Shown here one piece after another: positions 53,691-64,000 of a stretch of DNA of 64,000 bases. The stretch is from Octopus vulgaris. Lineage: Eukaryota. The stretch covers positions 23,312,001-23,376,000 of the forward strand of contig OX597832.1 in the NCBI GenBank assembly GCA_951406725.2, written 5' to 3'. Position numbers and translations under genes: made by a program. Each line of letters opens with the position of its first letter. The first letter of the stretch is position 1. Below the pieces are notes generated by a model that ran no database searches, was not told the DNA's origin, and saw only the letters and a program-made list of their open reading frames with translations.

Positions 53691-53899
53691 ACTTATTATT
53701 AATATAATTATCATCAAATAATCCGTCACCATCATCATCTGCAGCATTATCATCACCAAAAGCAGCGGCGGTGGTGGCTGTGATGATGGTGGTGCTAGTC
53801 GTCGTCGACGTCATGGTGGTAATTGACTTCGTGATGGAGGAGGTGTAGTGGATGCGATGCTTTTGTTGCTGGTGTTTGTGGGGGCGGGGGGCGGTTGTT

Positions 53900-53989
53900 C
53901 TTCTACAGATGATGACGATGATAATGATGGTGGAGGTGGTGGTGGTGGTGGTGGTGATGATGACGATGATGATGATGATGATGACGATG

Positions 53990-54021
<32 letters not shown>

Positions 54022-54210
54022 GATGATGATGATGATGGTGATGATTAGGATGATGATGAGCCTATTGTTGACAGATTGATAGTTTTCTTCATTCAAGAAA
54101 AGGATGTGTTTTTTTTAACAGTTCTTTATTTTTTCCTTGTTAATTTTTGAATTTTTTTTAATACTAATAACAAAAGCTTACCGTGATGATAATGATGACG
54201 TGGGGAGTGA

Positions 54211-54272
<62 letters not shown>

Positions 54273-54372
54273 GTAATAGTAATAGTAATAATAATAATAA
54301 TAATAATGATGATGATGATGATAATAATAATAATGATAATAATAATAATAATAATAATGATAATAATAATAA

Positions 54373-54403
<31 letters not shown>

Positions 54404-54788
54404 AACAACAATAACAACAACAACAACAATAATAATAATAACAACAACAACAACAACAACAATAATAATAATAATTATAATAATAATAATAATAATAATT
54501 ATAATAATAATGATAATAATAATGTTTATTATCTTAATGCTGTTGTTATTATCATAATGATATATTTTGTAAAGCAATTGTTTTGTTGAATGAATGGAAA
54601 AACGACGCCAACAAAATTATCTCGAAATTTTTTTTGTCTGTCAGACTTCGTCGCCATTTTTGTGTCTCTGCTCTGTTTGCAGTTTCGAGTCCGTTTGTTT
54701 ATCCAGAATGATACAATTTGTTGATTGGATTGTCTCTCTTTATGCAGATTTTACAAATAATTACTCTGTATTGTTTTTGTTGTTGTAT

Positions 54789-54873
<85 letters not shown>

Positions 54874-54877
54874 GGTG

Positions 54878-54912
<35 letters not shown>

Positions 54913-54949
54913 GGTTCTGGTGGTAGTAGTTGTAGTAGTAGTAGTAGTA

Positions 54950-54996
<47 letters not shown>

Positions 54997-55004
54997 TGAT
55001 GTTG

Positions 55005-55038
<34 letters not shown>

Positions 55039-55495
55039 TGGTGGTAGCTTTAATGATATTGGCCGTAGTGGTGCTGATGGATGTGTTGGTGTTGTTGTGG
55101 GTGGTGGTGGCTGTGTTGCTAATGATAAATGATGATGATGATGATGATGCCACTTTTACTTATAGTGATGCGGTTTATCTGTTGTTGCTCTTCACTTTTT
55201 CATACTCTTCCCGCCTCATCCTAACTCTTCTTCCCATTCTTCATCTTCTACTTCTTCCCTCCTGCTTCCGCTTCTATATCTTCCTTATTTGCTTCGTGTA
55301 TTTCTCCTCTTCCCCAGACATTCCTCATCCTGTTTCTTCTTTTTTACTTATTCTTCCTCTTTTTCGTTTCTTCTTCTTTTTCTTCTTTTCGTCTTAAGCT
55401 TCTTTCTTCTTTTTCTTCTTGTTTCTTCTTCCTTCTTCTCTTTCTTCTCCATCTTGTTTCTTCTGTTTCTTGTTTTTCTTCTTCTTCTCCTTCTT

Positions 55496-55593
<98 letters not shown>

Positions 55594-55613
55594 CATCATC
55601 ATCATAATCATCA

Positions 55614-55662
<49 letters not shown>

Positions 55663-55724
55663 CATTATCATCATCATTATCATCATCATTATTATTATTA
55701 TTATTAGTAGTAGTAGTAGTAGTA

Positions 55725-55756
<32 letters not shown>

Positions 55757-55759
55757 GTA

Positions 55760-55802
<43 letters not shown>

Positions 55803-55870
55803 CATCATCATTATTATTATTATTTTCATTGTTGTTGTAATTTTCGTTGTTGTTGTAGTTGCTGTAGTTG
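53900..55870. repeat. Compound trinucleotide microsatellite field: (GAT), (AAT), (AAC), (TAG), (GGT), (TTC), (TTA)
   Basis: Direct reading; source of the homopolymeric ORFs in this interval. Confidence 0.95.
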
Positions 55871-55899
55871 TTGTTTTTAGCGAGAAAGCATGAGAGGAC

Positions 55900-55932
<33 letters not shown>

Positions 55933-56564
55933 AGAGAGAGACAGGGAGACAGGGAGAGATTGAAAGAGAAGGCGCGAGATATATACGGATTACCATCTAT
56001 GTTACGACAGATTTATCTGCCTGGCCGCTTTCATTTTGAAGCGATATAGAGAACAAAAGACGAAAGAAACGATATATTTCATAATTACCACCTCGTAGAC
56101 AGATTTTGACAGAAACGAAAGCGTAAAGACAGCGAAGCCAATTTATATAATACCGTTATAAACACCATTGTCAAACAGATCAGTTTCCTTCGCATCAAAT
56201 TCGCAAAACTTATACAAAATAATTCCGATTTTACTCGCTGTTACTCGCTCTTCTGATTCTCGGAGAAAGTAATCTAAAGAACCTCCCAAATGGAAAAACA
56301 ATGTTTTGTTAAATAAATACCCGTTTCGTAGAAATTGGTCATGCTACAAACTACGTCTTCCCATCTATATTATACTAAAATTCAAAGTAACGTCTGTTTT
56401 CCAGCCATTTGATTAAGATTATAAAGATTACAAATAAAATAGTCGTTTCCTCCTTTAAGAACAGAATCCTCCTTTAAGAAAAGAAAGCAACTCAAGTTGA
56501 AAGAGTTCTCATCCGTCCGCCCTTTTTCTTTTCTCTTTTTTCACCCCTAAATCATTTATACTGT

Positions 56565-57121
56565 GGAGGCGCGTGGCTTAATGGTTAGGGTGTTGAACCC
56601 ATGATCGCAAGGTTGTGGTTTCGATTCCTCGACCGGGCGATGTGTTTTGTTCCTGAGCAAAACACTTCATTTTCACGTTGCTTCAGTCCACTCAGCTGGC
56701 AAAAATGAGTAAAACCAGCGACGGACCGGCGTCCCATCCAGGTGGGGAATTTCTACGCCACTGAAACAGGGTAACCGGCCCTTTTGAACCTGGCATGGCT
56801 CGAGAAGGAACATTTATTTAGTGGAGGCACATGGCCTAGTGGTTAGAGCAGCGGACTTGCGGTCGCAGGATCGCGGGTTCGAATCTCAAACCGGGTGACG
56901 TGTGTTTATGAGCGAAACACCTAAGCTCCACGCGGCTCCGACAGAAGGTAATGGCGAAACTACTGCTGACTCTTTCGCCACAACTTTCTCTCACTCTTTC
57001 CTCTTGCATCTTGCAGCTCACCTGCGACTGACCAGCGTCCCGTCCAGGTGGGGAACCTATACGCCAAGGAAACCGGAAAACCGGCCCTTATGAGCTAGGG
57101 TGACTCGAGAAGGAACAAACA
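56565..57121 (+). mobile_element. Two tandem SINE family C elements (56565-56811 and 56822-57121)
   Basis: Two tRNA-like heads (GGAGGCGCGTGGCTTAATGGTTAG; GGAGGCACATGGCCTAGTGGTTAG), both ending CTCGAGAAGGAAC. Confidence 0.88.
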
Positions 57122-57699
57122 ATCATTTACACATCTCACGGAGTGCTGTGGATTTGAAAGATATAAATTTTCCCTATATTTTTATGAGATATTTTGAATC
57201 GCGTGTACTTGACTTTTTTCTATTTCTTAAAGGGGGAAATTACTGTTTTAGTTAAAATGAAATATTAATCAATAATAAACCTCTGAACGAGGTATAAACA
57301 GTGACTGCAAGACAATGTAAGATATACTTGCCATCTCAATATGGCTAACCACTAAGGGTGGGTGTTGCTGTAGCTTGTAGCCCCAGGATAACATCGTCTC
57401 CAGCTGGCTTTAGGCACACTTTCTGTTCCCTTATGGTATTTGCAAAGGGAGGTCATCCCTCCCTCGTCAACCTAAGTGATACGCACGGACTGCAGTTTCT
57501 AGGTATTGACCTGTTGTCGACGTACGACAATCACCGGTTTTCGATGACGGGATGTCCCAATGCAAATACTTTTATCGTTTTTCCAGTAACTTTTCGTCAC
57601 TGATTTCGAAAAACTGTCTGCAAGCAACAATATTAATCTTTATCATCTTAAAGAAATATTATCATCTGCAAGAAATATTAATCTTTATCATCTTAATCA

Positions 57700-58790
57700 A
57701 AAAGACAGAGAGGTTGAGTCTGTCGATATAACTATGTCTTTGGATGTTTCCAGTTGCTATCAGTATTTTACGGGTTTTAACGTCTGAGGAATGGATTTCT
57801 TTTGAAGACCAGTCAAGCATCCCAAACATTGGAATCGGCAAATGTGTTGTGGGATATTGTGGTAAAAGGAGACTTCTGATTGCCATATTTTTCTAAGTCT
57901 GACATAATAATATTCAGGTGATTCTATCTTTATTTGCAGTAACTTTGTAAGATATATTTCCATCAATGCCAAGGTACTTGTAGTATTTTTTATAGGGAGC
58001 GGTAGTGAGACCATTGATGCACAGGTTCTGGATCGGGGAAAGTGATTTCCCCCATTCAGCAATCAAATGCAAACATTTCTGTTAGCCAAATTCCATTCCT
58101 CTGTCAGCTGATAATGAAAATGCTGTTATTAATTCCAGCTGCTTTTTGGGTATTGTTAACAATTTTAGCATCAATCTTGAGGCCATTCACAAAGTAATCA
58201 TAGGTTGCATTAATATCCCTAGCAGTTGCGGGCCCTACTATGTAGCTATTTGATTTTTGCTGCGGGTATGATAATGGATTTGATGCTAAAATAAACAGAA
58301 TTACAGAAAGACCCTCTCCTGGGAATGTTCCCTTTGAAATATTTATAACATTGGAAATGATCGTTCTGTTTTCATTTCTAAATGTAAGAATTGTTCCCCA
58401 GGTCTTTGTGAGTCTCTCATTTGCAGCAATTAAGATAGGGAGCACATGTGCCAAATGGAGACACTTCAGTGGCCACGAATGGAGCATAGAATCAACCATG
58501 CTGTTAAAAGGCCCCTACAATGTTTTGCTTATTATTTTCTAATACTGAAAGTAAAGCTTTATCAAAAGTTGTTCCGAACATCATCCGCACGCACCTTTAT
58601 TTCCACTGGTCTGACCATTGGTCACTATATTGTTGAATTCACAATTCACTGAGATAGTTTACGTACAGTTTATATATGAAATTTAGCCAAACAATGGCGC
58701 TATATTTTTCGGCCATTTCGATGATTTCATTAATGACTTCAAGATTTGCCCGTGCTACAGAAAACCAATCTGCTATGTCAATATGACCTT
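57700..58790 (-). mobile_element. Highly degenerate R4/Dong-clade LINE RT region
   Basis: Frameshifted remnants: KGTFPGEGLSVILFILASNPLS (GIFQGDSLS motif), YFVNGLK (FVDDLK), FGMLDWSSKEI...KTRKIL...IDRL. Confidence 0.7.
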
Positions 58791-59185
58791 CCATCGTGCT
58801 TTTGAATAAACATATTAGTGATTTCCTGGAAAATTTTACCCTCTTATTCCAGTATCCAAATATTTGGACCCATCTAGGTGCCTTCCCATTATGTCAATTA
58901 TATATTTTACTACTGATGTGGGAACACTATACTCTCCTTACTGCATTTAGCAACGATGTATTATGTATGTATGTATGTATGTATTTATATATCTATGTAT
59001 GTATCTATGTATGTATGTATGTATGTATGTATGTATGTATGTATGTATTTATGTATGTATGTATGTATGTATGTATGTATGTATGTATGCGTGCATGCAT
59101 GCATGCATGCATGTATGCATGTATGTATTTATGTATGTATGTATGTATCTATGTATGTATGTATGTGTGTGTGTATGTATGCATG

Positions 59186-59340
59186 CAAGTTCCTGGCCTT
59201 AAGAGTATCGCGAATGTCCTTATTGGAGACCCAACGTTTCTAGTTCTTTTGCGGAGCTTAGGAAAACTAAAAGACGGCTGCAGTAAGTGTGTGAATTTAA
59301 GAGAGGAATATATTGAATAAAATCATAACTAACTGTTCCT
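59186..59340 (+). mobile_element. Mariner-derived non-autonomous remnant
   Basis: KLKDGCSKCVNLREEYIE* resembles the mariner transposase C-terminus (RWxKCxxxxGxYxE*); preceded by TIR-like AAGTTCCTGGC. Confidence 0.55.
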
Positions 59341-60567
59341 TGTATGCTTGTATGTATGTTTGTATGTATTTATGTATGCATGTCATTATTCAGTTTTGTT
59401 TCTATCCTAGATGCAACTTAGATCAAAGACTCTTTCATTGGAATTTCAGCATCACCATGGTGTTTTTGCATGTATATATGTATATTTGCAGATTTGTATG
59501 TGTTGTTCTTTGTACGTAAACTCATTGATATATTATGTGTAGATATGATCATATATACTTAAATTATAAGATTCTGGAAAGTCTTACAGATTTTTACAGT
59601 TCCAACGATGGCTAGGGTCTGTAGACTTCGAATCAGCTTTCTCTTTTCTGGTTTTAAGAAGCCTAATTTCTCAAGCTTGGGATTTAGGCAGTGTGTTACA
59701 TATACCAGTGCCCCAATATTGCATGTATGTATGTATGTATGGATGGATGGATGGATGGATGGATGGATGGATGGATGGATGGATGGATGGATGGACGGAT
59801 GGACGGACGGACGAATGGATGTATATTGCCTTGCAAGTAAGTGGTCACTTCGCCTTTATATGTTCTCGGATTGAACCCCCCACGCGTGAGTACATTTCAC
59901 CAGTGTTTTCTGCTAAGTCGCAAACATCTAAGAGTTAAATGCATCTACGAAAACTGTGTGGAAGCTAGTAGCATGTATGTTTATGTTTGTATGAGTGTGT
60001 AAGTGTGTCTGTTTGCATGTGGTTGAAATCTAAGTAGTTATTTTATTCTATCTGTCAGAAATCAGTAAACGTCTATTTATACATCTGTCTTCAATTCGTT
60101 TGATATCGTTCGATACCATATTCAATGTTTCATATCTTTTGGCAAAAAAAAAAATCCTTGGTTTTGTTTATGTACGTAATTTAGTGGCGCAACCACTAAT
60201 GATAGTCGCTACGATACGCACCAGACTTTGAAATAGGTCTCAGAATAGATATGAGCAAGCAAAATCATTTAAGCCAATACTTCCGAATAACTGCAGGCAA
60301 TTGGCTGAGTTCAGGAAATAATTATGGGTCCTGTGTGCGTATACAAATACAAACACACATGTATATATATACATTTTATATACATAGATATATACATATA
60401 TATATATATATATTGGTAAAAACGGTAAGATAACAAAAGAAAGAAAGAAACCTCAATATTATGTAAATAGAGGAACTTTTAATCTTATTTTATATAAGTA
60501 GCAGAATTATAACACAGTAATTTCCCTTTATATAACTGTATTTTTTCATAGCGTCTTTCAGATGGCC

Positions 60568-60630
60568 AGATAACCGAAGAGATGGTGTTGTGGATTTGCA
60601 CTTCGGCATCTGAAACTCAGAGTTTTATCT
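60568..60630 (+). ncRNA. Type I hammerhead motif
   Basis: agataa-CCGAAGA-GATG...CATC-t-GAAACTC-a-GAGTT-ttatct; stem I agataa/ttatct, GUU triplet, U4 changed to C. Confidence 0.6.
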
Positions 60631-60665
60631 TGACTATTCAGTAATTGTAACATATTATTTTATAG

Positions 60666-60738
<73 letters not shown>

Positions 60739-60741
<3 letters not shown>

Positions 60742-61005
60742 TTATTAGAGACAAAACCACTATTTTGCAAAACAAACAAGGAAAGACTTAATCAATACAT
60801 AAAATTTTAATAAATAGTCAAAAAAACCGCCACTACAATTATTTCAAATTTGAAACTGATATATTGGAAGTCCACCTGAAGATTGTCGATCAAGACAAGA
60901 CATAATTGTAGTGGCGGTTTTTTTGACTATTTATTAAAATTTTATGTATTGATTAAGTCTTTCCTTGTTTGTTTTGCAAAATAGTGGTTTTGTCTCTAAT
61001 AATAT
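60739..61005. repeat. About 104-bp inverted repeat (60739-60842 / 60902-61005) with a hammerhead motif at 60872-60914
   Basis: Arms are reverse complements; ccac-CTGAAGA-TTGTC-gatcaa-GACAA-GACATAATTGTA-gtgg (the left arm keeps GAAATAATTGTA); flanked by (TA)n. Confidence 0.88.
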
Positions 61006-61086
61006 TTTATAATATTTTACTATAAAATTGGATTTAATCCTAAATCTGATTTTTTCCCTGTAAATTTGGATTTATTCCCTAATATT

Positions 61087-61129
<43 letters not shown>

Positions 61130-61160
61130 TGTATACATATATATATGTGTGTATATATAT

Positions 61161-61206
<46 letters not shown>

Positions 61207-61214
61207 GTATATAC

Positions 61215-61288
<74 letters not shown>

Positions 61289-61383
61289 GCGTATATACAA
61301 ACACATATATACAACATGCATATGCGCATATATATGTAGGTATATACACATATACTCAAATATGCATATATATGTTCATACAC

Positions 61384-61417
<34 letters not shown>

Positions 61418-61418
<1 letters not shown>

Positions 61419-61700
61419 GACGCATGGCCTTGTGGTTGCACTCGGGGTCTCGAGGTCGTGATTTCAATTCCTAGAGAGTGTGGCGTGTTGTGTTCTTGAG
61501 CAGAACGCTTCGTTTCCCGTTGCTCTCCGACCGCTTCGACATCTGCCGCGTGGTTCACCAGCACCACCTGTACAGACAACGTCGATTTGATAGATGGAGT
61601 GAATTAATTTTACGGCACACACACTTGATCCCTATAAACATGTCGTTCACTAAAATCAGAACTCTCACATGTCCTCGTCGATGGACGTTAGAGTCCATTA
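61418..61700 (+). mobile_element. SINE family C-like element with a different 3' tail
   Basis: Degenerate tRNA head plus GTGTTGTGTTCTTGAGCA...CGTTGCTC; the tail differs from other copies. Confidence 0.6.
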
Positions 61701-61708
61701 GATTTATG

Positions 61709-62201
<493 letters not shown>

Positions 62202-62314
62202 GGGTTGGCCAAAGGCAAGGGTGCTTTAATACATGAATTGTGACCTTTAAAAAATAACATCTCTAACCAGAAAGGAGTACATTTGTTGAATTTTCTATCA
62301 CGGTTCAGTACATC

Positions 62315-62405
<91 letters not shown>

Positions 62406-62643
62406 TGTATGTTTGTATGTGCATACTTACATATGTATGTGTACAGACATACATATATATATATATATTGTGTGTGTGTATGTGTGTGTACATATACCCT
62501 CATATTTTATGAATCCCGAAATACCGAATGCTAGCATTCCTAATCTTCAAACTCTGTGTTTTTTCATATTTCCATAAGTATATAATACATACGAGTAATA
62601 CTTCAGTTGAATTCAAAACTGTTTTAAATAAAACACAGCCAAT

Positions 62644-62677
<34 letters not shown>

Positions 62678-63090
62678 CAATACACGCATTCATACAGACA
62701 CGACACACACACAAATACATATAAATATAAAATCCTTTTGAAATGTTTTCGACTTTAAATTGTCATTGAAAACCTGAGACATAGAAGAATTTTTTTTTTT
62801 TTGATTTTATATCTGTGGAACATTCGAAATTGTACAAGGTCAGCTTCCAAAAAAATCTACTTTTAGACAAACAATAAATACTTTTCACTTTCCTGGAAAC
62901 TGAAAGTCAAATGTCACCAACTTCTTACGCTTCCGATAATCTAAGCGAATTGTAACATTTTGAAAATCGCAGTACTTGAAGTCAAACTTCTTAATTACCA
63001 ATGTTGACGTGTCTAACACGTATCGAATATTTATTTATAATTTTTAGTATTTTTTCATATTGACCTTAAGGTATAACACACAGACACACA

Positions 63091-63168
<78 letters not shown>

Positions 63169-63290
63169 TGCACACAGCTGATATTTACGTGTATTTCAAA
63201 TGAAAATATTTTAATATAGATGTAAGGAATTGATTATTCAAGCTTTTCTAACTCTAGAATCGTTCTGAGGAATGGGGTAAAACATCTATA

Positions 63291-63387
<97 letters not shown>

Positions 63388-63446
63388 ATGTATATATGTA
63401 TGTATATATATATAAATATATGTATGGATTCATATATATATACGTG

Positions 63447-63479
<33 letters not shown>

Positions 63480-63598
63480 TGTTATATTTCGGAATGGTCA
63501 TATTGCCAGTTTAGCCAATAAAAACACACGCACTATATATTTGGTGTTATTTTGCTTCAGTGATATTTATTTTTTACATTAATCTTAATCTTATTTCG

Positions 63599-63640
63599 GC
63601 CAAAGTTCTTTCGTCACACTCCTGTGACCGCATCAGTGGT
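63599..63640 (-). ncRNA. Variant hammerhead motif
   Basis: Minus strand: cca-CTGATGC-g-GTCAC-aggagt-GTGAC-GAAAG-aa-CTT-tgg; 5-bp stem II, A9 changed to C. Confidence 0.45.
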
Positions 63641-64000
63641 CCTTTGTTTTCTTCTCACTTACTTGTGTCTCTCCTTACTAACCGTCAGCCATTTTGTATT
63701 TCTATTGTATGTCTTCATTTGCGCATGCTTATATCTCTATGTGCGTCTATGTTTATTTAGTGTGTGGGGGGGATGTCTGTAATATTTGTATCTTCTGGTT
63801 ATATACATTCTTGTAATTTGTATTTTGTTTTTGTTGTTGTTGCTTTTGTTCTAATTTTGTTCATGTGTTTACATCCACCCATTATTATCATTACATATGC
63901 TTGTATGTATGTATAACAACAATATTAGTAATAATAATAATAAATCTAATCGAGAAAAAAAAAAAAAAAAAAAAAAGAATATACATATACATATATATAT

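Overview
AT-rich, microsatellite-saturated animal genomic DNA. The SINE families and the density of (TA)n, (TAA)n and (GATA)n repeats point to a cephalopod, most likely Octopus (inference). Almost all ORFs in the supplied track are simple-repeat artefacts. Host-gene content is small: one coding exon of a rhodopsin-class neuropeptide GPCR (28077-28370, N-terminus to TM2, ending at a GT donor; no TM3-TM7 exons recognised in the remaining 35 kb) and an intronless MTA1/2/3-like pseudogene fragment with two stops (about 1003-1385). The rest is mobile DNA: three tRNA-derived SINE families (about 30 copies), R4/Dong-clade LINE fragments mostly in (TAA)n tracts, Penelope-like element (PLE) fragments (a GIY-YIG endonuclease and a decayed RT), an RTE fragment, a non-autonomous Helitron and a mariner-derived remnant. 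The least obvious signal is about a dozen type I hammerhead ribozyme motifs, many beside (TA)n tracts. Three are inverted pairs and one has a retrozyme-like direct-repeat layout. Also notable are SINE multimers sharing one tail-to-head junction at three loci and a possible dual-frame terminal exon that would truncate the GPCR. All calls were made by eye; repeat boundaries are approximate.
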